Shown piece by piece: positions 1 through 12,352 of a stretch of DNA of 64,000 nt. The notes under the pieces were generated by a model, which did no database searches, had not been told where the DNA came from, and worked only from the letters and a program-made list of their open reading frames with translations. A program made the translations under genes and the position numbers. Origin of the DNA: Basidiobolus meristosporus CBS 931.73 (Eukaryota; Fungi; Basidiobolomycota); NCBI GenBank assembly GCA_002104905.1, contig MCFE01000166.1:1-64000 (forward strand), written 5' to 3'. Each line of letters starts with the position of its first letter. The stretch's first letter is position 1.

Positions 1-115
1 CTCAAGGAAAGTATATTAGATACTTATTGATAGTGGATATTTGCCCATTTGATTGGTGCAGGATGAAGTGTGCCATTAGTAGAATATTGCATTAACTACA
101 TAGGGCGATGGCGGC

Positions 116-1615
116 TCAGAGAGGGAAGCTTGGACCAACATCAGTAGTGGTTAATGGGGTTCTCTTTACACGAGCGTTGGAGAGCTCATCCGCACCGATG
201 TCTGGCTTGCCATCGTCACGTGGTTGTCCTTGTATATCATCGTTGACATTGAAGGTGGTGGTTACTGCAGTGCTGTTGACTGCTGGGCTGCTTGCGGTAA
301 GCAGATAGTTGCCATTAAGCTTGAAATCGGCCACAGCAACAAAGCCATCAGAAGGAACGTCCTTGGTAGTCTTCAGGACCAGATTAGCTGAATAAGTGGT
401 CTTTGATTGCTTGGTCAACTTTAAAACAGCGCTGGCACCACCAAGAATGTTGTTGGCAATGGTGTTTTCTGATGGGAAGAGGGAGGCATCGGTTGGGTTT
501 TCATTCCAGGACATCTCGATTGGGGCGAACAGGGTGTTATGGATGCACTGGGCCTTGATGGCTGGACGATGGGTATCTCCACGCTTAGGACTCAACTGAG
601 AAAAGATTAGTGATCAATGTATTGGAGTGCTAGTATGTAGTGTATTTCCCACCATGAGAGCATTTTTATCAATGTTATAGATAAGGTTGTTCGAGACAGT
701 ATGGCCAGTACCGTGAAGGCGGATTCCTGCGGATCTTTTCTTGTTTTGGCCATCGATGGTGTTGCCGTAGACCTTACTGCTGTCAGTGTTTCTCAGCACG
801 ATTCCTCCTGCACTGTTGCGGATGGTGTTGTAGCGGATGGTTGCTCTGCTCGACTTGACTGAGATGATCTCTTCATCACCATCGCAAGCTTCGAACAAGT
901 TGTACTGGACATTAGCGCCTGCCTCTGGACCGTTGGGGAAATCGGGATGAGTGTTTCCAAGTGCAATGGCCTCGCCACCATTGGAAGAGGTGGGAACAAG
1001 ATCGTGGAAGTAGGAGCGGTCGATTTGCAGGTTGGTGGCAATGGGCTCGGTTTTGGAACCTCCATTGGAGGCCATGATTATTGGTGAACCTTGAGCCTTC
1101 TTGGGGCCAAAGTCGCAGCGATCAATTCGGACAGAGTCGGTGTTTGCCTTGATCACAAGCCAGTCATGGTTTCCTCCATCGGTAGGATCCCTGATTTTGA
1201 ATGAGGATCTTGTGATACGACAGCTCTGGCATCCGGTGATTTCAACTCGCTGAGCCGAGCCGTTAAAAGTGAAACCGTCAAGCACCACATACGCATTATC
1301 TCTGAGAGTAAATGTCTTGGTGAGCACTGCCTTCCCTACATTCTTAGCACGGATAACAATCGGGGCAGCTTGAGTTCCCTTGGCGTTGCGGATAGCAGTA
1401 ATTGCGCTGTAGTCGCCATCATTCAAAATAAAGCAGGAACCTGGTGCTGCTTTGGCCAACTGAGAGTTGAGATCATTGGCGTTGGCGATTGATACAGTTT
1501 TGACACATTCAGGCAATGGGTCATCCAAAACATCCCGCCTGGGAATAGCAGCGCTGGTAGAGGCAAAGACCGTGGCGAGTACGGTGCCGGCAAGAAGTGT
1601 AGACAAGTGAACCAT
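116..1615 (-). CDS. Secreted polysaccharide lyase family 6 (chondroitinase B/alginate lyase-like beta-helix), ~480 aa; exons 1615-653 and 595-116
   Basis: Signal peptide MVHLSTLLAGTVLATVFASTSAA. PL6 motifs NGGEAIALG, NLFEACDGDEEIISVKSS..IRYNT and GGIVLRN (Lys and Arg 21 aa apart, as in chondroitinase B K250/R271), plus C-terminal DIQGQPR..PDIGADE. The two ORFs are joined in phase 0 by a 57-nt intron at 652-596 (GTGGGA..CTAAT..TTTTCTCAG). Confidence 0.85.
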
Positions 1616-2639
1616 GAAGTGCTAACAATATGGTACTGGCGGTGGAATGGAGAATTGAATTCCTCATCGTTTCTTTTTATCTCATCAGTCGGAGTGGGCA
1701 TTTCCTGAATGGAGGGGACCACGCCTAAAATATCCGGTTTCAAGGAACACCACCCATTAAGCTAGGACGAATGAATTGCGTTGCAACATTAATGTCACGA
1801 AAGAGAAGAATACTAACTGGTCCAAGCTCTGCAATGCCCATTTATACTCTTGTACCACCTTCGATTAATCCAGGCTTATGTGTCTGTACAGGCCGCATAT
1901 CATTTATCTTCATGCGACTTTATTCGGGGCAACTGTTTGAGGCCGGGAACTTGGTATATTACGTCCACTTCTCTCAACCAAGGGGCCTTTTTATTAAACA
2001 TCAAATATACCATTGATTCCTCCACACTTACTTACACACACCCGGCTGAATGTTGAGGGCTAGGAAAATCCTTGAATATCGTGATGCTACAGTGGATCAG
2101 CTACTCGAAAATTGAATGCGACACGAGCGATGCCTACAAACCGCTTAATGCTACTGGTTGTATAATAAATAAATGTGTCTCACGATTTGTGTGACACCTA
2201 GCACATAAAGGTATGGAATATTGGATAACATCATATATTGAGTCGATGATCGGGCCACAATGGATGGATATTCGTCAGTCCTGATCCTATTCATGCATCT
2301 GAATGTGAGGCTATCGTTAATAAAGTTAATGCCATGTTTAGTTAAGCCTCTTCGCATCATCTTAATTATTAGTCTTTATGACCGGATTTTTCGGCTACTT
2401 CGTCAATGTTTCTGTTGGGATTTGTAGCACAAGCAGTAGACTTGGAATGAGTTACAGGATATGATTAGCATCAATATCTTGTAATATCGCGTAATATAAT
2501 TAACATTAATATCTTGTAATTTTCGCTTGAGCATCGCCTATCAATTACCATACTAGTCCACGGAGTAGGATTTCTCGGAAATGGTTGGTTTTAGATGCTC
2601 ACTGGTAGCTTAGCTTTATTATTACTATTGATTTAATGG

Positions 2640-4045
2640 CTCCACAGATAATTAAGCACGAACTACCCAAATTTTTGTAGGGATTTACTAAGAATATCAG
2701 GTACTCAGGACATGAAAACCGATAGACTATCTAAAGAGCCCCAAACTTTGCACACGTGCACTTGGGGTCTTTTTGAGCATATTCTTTGTGTTTCTTTTTG
2801 TCAATATCATGTAAAAGTGAAAGTATCACATTCGGATTTGGAATTGGAATACAATATGTAGAAGGTATACTTTTCACCTATTTGTTCAATGACTAGATGC
2901 GGAGCCACTGGGCTTCTAGTTAAGCCTTGTTAAGACTGACACCAGAATGCTCTGTTCAGCACTACAAGGTGATGTATGCAAACTCATTTATCTCTATGCC
3001 ACCATATATCCGCCAGACGTTTGACATAGAAGTCATACAAGTCAGACAGGTTCTTTTCGAGTAGCAAATATCTAGTTCTAAAGAGCCAAGGGTAGACTAA
3101 TTGTTGTTGGCATGTTACCTTGTTTGTCACCTATCACTACCTTAAGATCTAAACAAAGGCTAATTACGGGTGATACTATACAACCCATCTACAATTTGCC
3201 AGCTATGAGATGCATCAATAGCCATGATCTTTATGAATGAAATATCCAAGGGCCATGGTTCTTTGTATTAAAAATGACTAAATAGGAGCTACAAGGGAGA
3301 CAGTAATCAGTATCTGGGCAATATGCATCTGAGTGCATGCAGGGAACTATATGACACCTGTGAAATATATTAGAGTGTGGGCAATGGCAGCATAATGATT
3401 CTAGTACGATGAACGTCTAGATGTAGATTTGGCAATTAATACAAGAAATCCGTAGTCAACTAAAACTTGTATGTCACTAAAATCCTGCTTGCCACTTGAG
3501 CGTTATATGTTTCCAAAGTACAGTACGCATAAGATGTAAGACAAAGTCATTTCACATTAGGACACCCAGGTCAGCAAATAGGTCCAAAGGAGGATGGTTT
3601 GGCTTGCCAGGACAATGCAGCAATGTAGGTATGCTTTGGTTTATTTCATTTGTTTGGACATGTTCATTCAGTATTTAAAAAATCCACATTCAACAGTCAA
3701 ATTGATATTGTGTTCTTCTCCACATCCCAAGGGCATATATGATTTAAGCTCACTGCTGTAAGCTCTGTTTCTGTAGCTAAATACCTTCAATAGGTTGGTT
3801 GCAAGCCTCTGAGCTGTATTATTTCCTGCCCAGAATCTCTGTCAGGATTTGTCTGAACACTATAACCAAACTACTGGGAACTCAGAATAGGGCACTATCA
3901 GTACAGCCTTGTAATGCATCTATTGCCTAGACCCAGTGTTATTATGAATATCAAAGATAAATTCAATACGCTAATTAGTGAAAGCCACATGGCCTACTTG
4001 CTCTCCTGATAACTACCAATTTCTCTAGGACTCTTACAGTAGCTA
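2640..4045 (+). mobile_element. Degenerate Copia-family LTR split in two (~2640-2830 and ~3960-4045) by ~1.1 kb of other decayed, CpG-poor DNA
   Basis: The reverse complement of 2700-2790 (gtgtgcaaagtttggggctctttagatag..ggttttcatgtcctgag) and of 3960-4045 (tactgtaagagtcctagagaaattgg..atgtggctttcact) align by eye with the ~350-bp LTR family at 34922-47809. Confidence 0.6.
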
Positions 4046-5718
4046 TAGTGCTAGTCAAGTGGCAAATATGTTGTTACAGCCCCACAATAACATTATAACC
4101 ACTCTGACTCAAAGTAGTGATTAGAGCCTTTGTGCAGGGTATGGGGTTCATTTAGGCAGGTCTGAAATGGAGACCTTGGCTACATGCAATACTTCAAAGA
4201 ATTAGTGAATATCTTGCAAAACTACTTCTATGCGATCACTGAATTCTTATTAGGAAAGTGATAAGTTAAAGACTAATGAGTAATTGAGCTAGTAACTCTG
4301 AGTACCTGAATCAGAGAAGTACTGTTAATGCTGATATGCTCAATGGCATTCACCATATGCAAATAAAGTACTAAAATATCATATTGGTTAGTGCTGAGAT
4401 TTCTATTGAGCTCTTGTAATGGTTAAAAGTAGCAATTTGCTTATGCTGTAGCAAATTGGAATATATAGGGGTTATCAATCTTCCAAGACAGGACTTTTGC
4501 TGTTTCCAACAAATGTTGAACTAAGTATATGATTAATCAGGTGCTAGCCTTGATGATTTACAATAAAATATAGGTAGCTTGGAGTACCATGCAATATTAG
4601 AAATTAACCTGTCTGTGTATTGGATTCAGTAACAATATATAGCAATGAAGCTTTGCGCGAAGTCAGGGGCTCTTGAGATGAGTTTGTAAACTTCAACAAG
4701 CCACAGAGCTTAGCACTACAGGGATTTAGTTATTATTGCATCAAGTAAACCATGAGTTGAAAACTTGCGATCTAGTAAATGATCTAATTGAAACTTTAAC
4801 TATTGCCTTTGAAGTCAACCCAAACAATATTCACCACTTCATCATCCCTATTGAGCGAGCACCAAGACTTCTGGCAACTCCTTGCAGCTATACTTTCACC
4901 ACAATAGGTATTCAGAGGTTTTTCAGTCAGTAACCATAGTAGCATTGTCTTCTAAACTTGAAAGACTGGCTTGGCGTTATATCGCAATATACATATACAA
5001 TTCAGGTGCTTAACCAGTTAATTGCCACAATAACTTCCCTCTGTGAAGTGGGAGATATGACCTATAATAGCACTACCCATTACGCCTGGAGGCACATACA
5101 AATCAGCAACAATTAAAAAGCTCTGAAACGCTGATACGTTAGTGTGCTATTTTTCTCCTGAAAAGCTAGTGGTTTAAGGAACGGTCTTCTGGTGTGCCGC
5201 AAATGACAAGTTGGGAAATAAAATCAGCCACCACCGCTATTTTTCTGGGATCAACACCATACTATTGCCTTTTACGGGATGTCAGTGAGATGAACACGGA
5301 GCGTAGTGCCCAAGTTCGAATTGCTTGTGAGGCTTCGCTTATGGGTATTAGCCTAAGTAATCTAGCGTTCCACCTAGTCTACCGCTCCTTCTTCTGCGCC
5401 CAATTAGTGAAAATTACCACCAAATCTCTAAAAATATCCTCTAAGATGGAAGCAGTATTTGGTTACACTTCCCAATAAATTCCCCAGTAAATTCAATTAG
5501 ATTGTTGTACTTCCATGAACGGCGCCAATCGACGTGAACTACAATTGATTGGCTTGTCACTAAGGTTAATATTCCATCAGCTGCTTTGCATTTGGTGTCT
5601 GCAAACTTCACTTCACTCTGCTCAACTCAAACTCATATTTGTTTTTCTGAGGTTCTTATTCCATATAGATTTCCCACCCTTGACACAACTCCGTTGTTCT
5701 GGAAAGCAAGCGACTGCC

Positions 5719-7620
5719 ATGTCCAATTTACCTAGTCACTCCAAAGACACCCGAGGAAGCCCTTACTTGCGGGTATTTAACCCAAAGATCCTACTTCGTC
5801 GTCGCTTCTTGGCATTTGTAATATTTTCCATACTATGTATACTTTTAATTTATCGAAACGACAACTCCTCTTTTGGGAGCTCTCCCTCCGAAAACCCCGT
5901 AGCAAAGGAGGTTGAGAAGACGGGAGAAAACTCTTACCCGTTGAGCACCGAATCCAAACTGGTAAATCCAGCCGACAAGCTCTATGAGAGTGCTGAACAC
6001 AAAGCACTTACTTTGGAGAGGCAGAAAAGAATCAAGAGCGATATGCTATCTACTTGGACAGTATACTTCAAAAACACCTTTGGTCAAGACGAGATCAATC
6101 CCAGCACAAAAGAAGGCAGACAGAGCCATAATGGTTGGGGTGTTACGGTTGTCGACTCGTTAGATACCTTACTGGTACTATCTTCCCAGTATGACTACAT
6201 TCAGGCCAAACAGCATATCAAGAATATGACTTTCCCTGACAGCAGCGAACTGTCCCTTTTCGAAACCACCCGTCGATATGCAGGAGGTCTACTAGGAGCT
6301 TATGACCTCATGCAAGATGCAATCATGATTGAGAAAGTCAACGAACTTGGAAAAATCCTAGTACAGGCGTTCGACTCGCCCTCTGGAATCCCCTACACCA
6401 CCATAAACCTAATGTCACGGAAGGCAACCCCAACAAACAGCACCGAAGGCTCGTTGTTAGGAGAGATTGGCGGAATACAAATCGAATTCAAGAGGCTAGC
6501 TCAAGTCACAGGAAATCGCAACTTTCTTGAACAATCCAAGAATGTCATCAGCCTTATTAGACAGCAGCCTACCCGGATTCCAGGGCTGTATCCCCAATCC
6601 ATTGACCCTAGCACCGGGGAATTTCAAAGCCAGGTTGTTTCTCTGGAAAAGAGAGGCCATCTGTTCTATGACACTCTACTGAAGCAATTCCTGTTCTCCC
6701 TGAATATGATGGACCAATACCGCGATATGTGTAAGTTTCTTGAATCTTCCTCCATCACGAACAGCGCCTAACCATACTTCGCAGACGAGCAATCCATGGA
6801 CTCCCTCCACGAGCATTTGATCTACCGAGACGCTCAAGGGAGAACCTTTTTGTCGAGTCTCGACGAGGATGGAAGCCAGATGCATACCATGAATCATGAG
6901 GCGTGCGCGGTTCCAGGAATGCTTGCTCTTGGAGCGCATACCTTGAAACGCACAAAGGATCTTCAAGTTGCACAGGAGCTGATGCAAACCTGTATCGATA
7001 TGGCTGATGCAACCACTACTGGCCTGCCCCCGAGTAGAATTCGCTGGGCACCTGAACACCCATCCGATACGCTAACTCTGGAGCAAAGAAGTCAGCTGCA
7101 TACACTGGGCTTTTACCTTACAGAGAAGGAATACCAGTTATGGCCCGGTAAGTGAAACGACCACTGCTACTGTGATTCGCAGAGCCAATACTGATAGGAC
7201 CCATCAGAAATGACCGAGAGCCTGTTCCTGTTGTATCGTGTTACTTCAGATCGAAAGTATCAAGAAGCTGGTTGGAAGTTCTATTTGGTAATGGTCCCCA
7301 AGTTCGATTGAGATAATCGGAAATCCAGCTGACATTGGATTTCCTTGATCTAGGCTCTTCAGAAGTATTGTAAAGCCAAATATGGCTTCAGCGGACTGAC
7401 GGATACCAACGACGAGCTCTCTAAAGACAACCGAATGGAAAGGTAAGCACCACACATCCCGGCCCACTCTCCCGCTCATACTCATCGAGCTCTCTCCAGC
7501 CAATTCCTTGCGAAAACCATGAAATACTTGTATCTGCTGTTTACTCCCAATGACTTCTTACCTATTGACGAGTATTTGTTTACTTCTGGCGGACATATCA
7601 TCCGGATACCTAGAACATAA
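5719..7620 (+). CDS. GH47 class I alpha-1,2-mannosidase-like type II membrane protein; exons 5719-6730, 6785-7147, 7208-7287, 7354-7442, 7500-7620
   Basis: N-terminal TM segment (FLAFVIFSILCILLIY). GH47 motifs GWGVTVVDSLDTL, FETTRRYAGGLLGAY, EIGGIQIEF, PEMTESLF and KYLYLLF. Four GT..AG introns restore the reading frame. The ORF-track start at 5515 is probably upstream read-through. Confidence 0.9.
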
Positions 7621-7885
7621 GTGAGAGCAAAATGGATTTTCATTTCAAAACACCCCCCATTCGTACCTGCTGGGACGGGCTAAATGCAGCATGCACACAA
7701 TAAATCATCTAGAGACCACGATCGGAATTCAGTTTATTTACAGCTTAGACAGACATTCAATGATTAATTCAATACGTTAAAATAAAGTCCATGTGTGTGT
7801 TGAAAGAAATCTCGTCTAAGTGGATGCCTATGTATGTGTGCATATATATGTATAGAGTAAGAACACTCAGAGCTTGGTAAAGAAT

Positions 7886-8554
7886 TCATTCAGTGACGTT
7901 CGATACATCGCTACTTTTCAAAAGACTGGGATTCTTTTCCAGGAGCAATGAGCGCAGCCACTCTACTTCCTTCTCCAGCTCCTTAACCTTGTTCTCTAGC
8001 GACTCCGCCTTAGCGGTCATTTCCTGGGCAGTGCTCTCCAGGACCTGCTCGCGAAGCTTCTTCTTGATTCTGAATCTTGCCGAAGCCGCGGTATTGCGTC
8101 GGCGTTTGTCCTCTTCGGCACTGATATCGGCGGGCTTCTTTGCATCTGATTGCTTCCGCTTGTTGGAGGCCGGCTTGGTCTCGGGCTCTATGGGGGAGGT
8201 GCTGTTCTGGAACGAGTATTGGGAATTTGCTTGGGTTGGTGGAGAGGTAGCGTTCACCGGAAACGCAGGATGTGGTGAGATAAGGCCTGGGAATTGAGTG
8301 TTTTCAGTGAAGAAGTTTAGCTCGGGGGAGATGCCTGGAGTGTTGACCGGGGGAGTGTGCATATTCAAAATAAATGGGTCAAATGACGAGGAGATCATTT
8401 GGTTCTCAGGGGCGGCTTGGGAGTCGTAGGTGAATTGAGCAGTACTCCAAAGGTTCAGCTCGTCCTTGACCAGCTTGCTCCCAGCTTCAGTAGTGTTCTC
8501 ACTGAGATTGAAATCATATGGAGCAATGAAGTCGAAAGGGTTGAATCCTGACAT
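7886..8554 (-). CDS. bZIP transcription factor, Zip1/MetR/Cys-3 (sulfur-regulator) type, ~222 aa
   Basis: Basic region EDKRRRNTAASARFRIKKK followed by a leucine zipper ending EVEWLRSLLLEK. First ATG at 8554 (MSGFNPFDF). Confidence 0.88.
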   Translation of the reverse strand: MSGFNPFDFIAPYDFNLSENTTEAGSKLVKDELNLWSTAQFTYDSQAAPENQMISSSFDPFILNMHTPPVNTPGISPELNFFTENTQFPGLISPHPAFPVNATSPPTQANSQYSFQNSTSPIEPETKPASNKRKQSDAKKPADISAEEDKRRRNTAASARFRIKKKLREQVLESTAQEMTAKAESLENKVKELEKEVEWLRSLLLEKNPSLLKSSDVSNVTE

Positions 8555-9761
8555 GGTTGTGAAGATCGGGTAGCAGTAATCTATCTGGACAATTCCATAA
8601 ACTAAGAGGAGGTTCAAAAGTGGGTTTTGAGGAGAAGGGGCGGTGGAAATATATATTTTTTGCAAAAATCCAGATGAGATTCTGATCTGGCACCTGATTC
8701 AGAGTTTGATTACTAATTGCAAGTTCACCGCACATCATCGCTCAGTATTGAATGCCTTTCTTATTTAGCCGACTGGGCAAATGAGTGTTCTGGAAACAGC
8801 GTGACTCATTGATCCTCTACGAGATTTCATGCCGTATTAGGATACGTAGCCAAGGCCATCCAAGGAACTTTATGCTTAACGATAATCAGCGCAACCAATG
8901 GGGACGGCGAAGGGATACCTTGATTATCACTCCATACGCCAATCAAGCGAGCGTGATAGCCAAAATCAGCATTTCCCCGCAAGATCAAGCTTTATTGCCA
9001 ACAATTCGGATAAAAAGAATTAGCTGAATGGTGAGCAGGGTCCAATCAGGTACTGGAAAGCCTCTGACATCTGCGAAATCTACCAGATAAGCCTTTCATC
9101 AAGACACGGTCCCGAAATTGTCTAGTGAGATCCTCTTATCATTCCCATCAAACACTGATGTTGAACCGGATTTTACTTGCCACAGTGGTTTTGGTCCTTC
9201 TCCGCGTGGTTGATTTGTAGCTTCCAATTCATCTAATCAACCTTCATATGATCGTGCTAGCGAACTAGTGTTACCCGTCGGAAATCATGGAGATGCGATG
9301 GTTTATTTTACACTAAATCTAACCTAATCCATGCTGCAATACTAGACATCCCGATCTTTCTGCTTGCGCTGTTCTACAATCATCACCGGCTTGGGGTGAT
9401 TTTTACTTTATCCGATAAATACTGTTTACATTTATACATGAATAGCAATATGAATATCAAGGATTGTGGAGTGACACGACGAGTTTATCTTCATTGCCCA
9501 ATCGATATTTAGCCGGCAACTATGAATGCCACTATTGTTATGACGTTTCCCCCTGAAAGCTGTAAAGCGTGGCCCGGATAGCCAGCCGACACAAACAGTA
9601 TGATATGATGCAAAGCAGGTTTAACAAGGTAAATTCACAGAACATTTTATTTTCAGAAGGTGTGTTGACCCGTCATCACATGATTTTTGGAATCGGCCTG
9701 TACCAGTTGGGCTGTACCAGTTGGCCACATTCAAATACCTGTTGAATGTGCGCGCTCAAAG

Positions 9762-10250
9762 TTACTCAGAGGAGTTTCCACTGCTGGGCCAGTCACAGGC
9801 AATACCGTTTCCTTCGGTTGGCTTACAGATGGTTCCCTGAGCACAGGAATTTTGGGTCCATTTTCCAAAGACACACCATTGGAATTCAGGTGAGCTGTCA
9901 CCAGTGCACTGATAGTAACCATCCTGACATTCTCCGGTTCCCTCAGTGGGAATCGGGGCGACCGAGCTTCTTGAGCCACTAGGGTTAGGAACGACTGTTG
10001 ATTCATTTGGGCCAGGTATAGGTGTACCGGTGGCAGTAGGAGACGCTATGCTAGAAGTGGGAGCAACAGATGATGGCTTGTCACTTGGCGCACCCAGATC
10101 CGCAGAGGGGGCACTTGAGGGTTCAGCGGATGCTACATCGGTAACGGTGGGAAGGGCAACAGACTCGACGGCTGAACTATCTTGGGCTATCGCCTGTACA
10201 GCGAAGAGAGCGAGAAGACCGAAAAGAGTGGTAGAGGATTGGAATTTCAT
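9762..10250 (-). CDS. Array gene 1: secreted S/T/P-rich protein with C-terminal CBM19-like chitin-binding module (162 aa)
   Basis: Signal peptide ending IAQ|D, a low-complexity stalk, and GECQDGYYQC..FQWCVFGKWTQNSCAQGTIC..IACDWP (6 Cys; resembles the Cts1-type CBM19 C-terminus). Confidence 0.85.
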   Translation of the reverse strand: MKFQSSTTLFGLLALFAVQAIAQDSSAVESVALPTVTDVASAEPSSAPSADLGAPSDKPSSVAPTSSIASPTATGTPIPGPNESTVVPNPSGSRSSVAPIPTEGTGECQDGYYQCTGDSSPEFQWCVFGKWTQNSCAQGTICKPTEGNGIACDWPSSGNSSE

Positions 10251-10769
10251 TTTGTTGCTTGCTTGGCTAATTGAATACTATGTTGCTGATACTCTGAGCT
10301 AGCACAGATAGTGGGATTTTATACACAAGTTATGAACAGCAATTGCCACCTAGGTTTCTAGCTGTGACTCTCCAATGTTCACATATGGAAACTCATAAAC
10401 CCAATTCCATATATTCCCGATTGATCTGAGATATTAGGATTTCCACATATATACGTACCCAGGCCTGTATAAGGGCGATGGAGAACCATTGTTCCGATGA
10501 TTCGTTGTTAAATATAGGTTGGTTTAGACTGACTTATACTTCCCAAGCAAACCACCTCGATGAGTAGTTGCTGAATACAGTATCAGCGTAATCAGGTACC
10601 GATCCTGATGATTATCACAAATCAAAGAGGATAGCAAATACACTTGATTAAGTAGGGAGCGGGAAAGGGGGTTTAGTATTTTATTCACTACGTATATCTG
10701 ATCAGGTCCTAGCTGAATTGATTTGACAATAATTTAGTTTTGGTTCTCCATACTGGGTCATTGGGTTTA

Positions 10770-11110
10770 CTCGTTTCTATTGGGTCAGTCACAGGCGATG
10801 CTATTTCCTTCTATAGCCTCCCTGTGTACATGTGTTTTGCATCCACTCTCTGGTAGCACACCTCGACTGTACATTTATATTACCCTTCTGGGCATGAGCC
10901 ATGACCCGTGTGGGTAGGTCAATTGGCTGGGGATACTCGGACACTATAGTGGAGCCATTCTGATTGGCAGCTGGACTGTTCGAATTGGGTGGGCTCTCAA
11001 ACCATTGTGATTAGCACATTCCCGTTGGGTGATGGGACCTTCGCCGGCTGAAGAGTCTTGCGCAATCAGCTGTACCGGAAAGGCGGCCAAGATGTGGGCT
11101 CACATGTTGG
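10770..11110 (-). pseudogene. Array pseudogene (copy 2)
   Basis: The minus strand reads ..VQLIAQDSSA.., EG*YKC, EWMQNTCTQG and IEGNSIACD*PNRNE*, with stops and deletions. Confidence 0.75.
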
Positions 11111-11803
11111 GAATCTTTTTGGGAGGGGTTTCGACTCCTACTGTCATAAGTAAACGATTGGACTGGCTATCCATGGGGAATGATTCGGGACTAAGGGCTA
11201 GAATTGGGGAGTATTTTTGAGGAAAGTCACATACACTAGCCGTAATTAAATCTGCATTCCCATAACCCAAGTAAGTCTCAGATAGGTGACCTTAATTACA
11301 TCAGAGTTGTTTCTATTAGGCCTCTGTCACCATGCTGCCTTGGGTTTCAACCTAATCACGGGTTTTCCATTGCAAACAACCTTCTCTACCCCGACCATCT
11401 CTGTACTGGGAATAAACAGGAACTCATCTCTTTCGTGGCCATTGGGCAACTTTGGTTGTGTTGGTGGGTTTTTGAAGCTGGCAAACCGGTGCTTGCAAAT
11501 TGGAGGAATTCAGTGGAAATTAACCAACATCAGGCTACTGATCCAGTAATGGCCATATTAGTATAGAAATGTACTAGGGATTTATAGGCTTGAGTCGATA
11601 CATATACATTTGATACAGATCGCTGGGTGCAACCACGCTAGTTGGCTTACCAAATGATAAGGGAACTGATAAATAAATAATATATCAATCTATGGTTCAG
11701 TACGTTTCGATGGGTAAATATCATTTATTTGCAATCGGTATACCTAGTTGGAGAATGATGGTTAAGCTTGGGTTAAACTGCTGATACTGCTAGTCTGACT
11801 GAA

Positions 11804-12352
11804 TTATTCCACACTGTCAGGCCAGACACAGGAAACGCTATTTCCCTCGGTAGCCTGGCAAACCGTTCCCTCCGCACAGGTGTTCTGGGTCCACGCACCA
11901 GAAACACACCATTGGAATGCTGGCGAAGACTCGTCAACACATTTGTATTGCCCTTCTTGACATTCTCCATCGCCCACAGGAGCGCCGGTTGGCTGTGGTT
12001 GTTGAGGTGTGTCATTGGAAGGATCTTCACTTGGCGAGGGTTCTTGTGTGTCAGAATCTTCTGTATTGGAGCCATCACCTTGTCCGGGTGCACTAGAATC
12101 ATCACTTGGGGTTTGCTCTGGTGCACCAGCATCATCTGAATCATCGGGCTCCTGTGGTGAGTTGGAGTCAGCATCTGAATCTGGGCTGTCAGGAGAGGGT
12201 GTCTGCGAGGAATCTGGGACGTCAGGAACATTGGTTTGAGGGTCTGTTGGTACTGATACTTGAGTGTCGGTTACTGCATTGTCTTGTGCGAGCACTTGCA
12301 CAGAGTAGAATGCTAGGAGGGCCAAAAGGGTTGCGGAGGTTTGGAATCTCAT
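11804..12352 (-). CDS. Array gene 3: secreted D/S/P-rich CBM19-like protein (182 aa)
   Basis: Signal peptide, acidic stalk, and GECQEGQYKCVDESSPAFQWCVSGAWTQNTCAEGTVC..VSCVWP. Confidence 0.87.
   Translation of the reverse strand: MRFQTSATLLALLAFYSVQVLAQDNAVTDTQVSVPTDPQTNVPDVPDSSQTPSPDSPDSDADSNSPQEPDDSDDAGAPEQTPSDDSSAPGQGDGSNTEDSDTQEPSPSEDPSNDTPQQPQPTGAPVGDGECQEGQYKCVDESSPAFQWCVSGAWTQNTCAEGTVCQATEGNSVSCVWPDSVE

Noticed and set aside
5515-5718. 68-aa N-terminal extension of the GH47 ORF
   Set aside because: It does not resemble GH47 proteins; the ATG at 5719 gives the normal short cytosolic tail followed by the TM segment.
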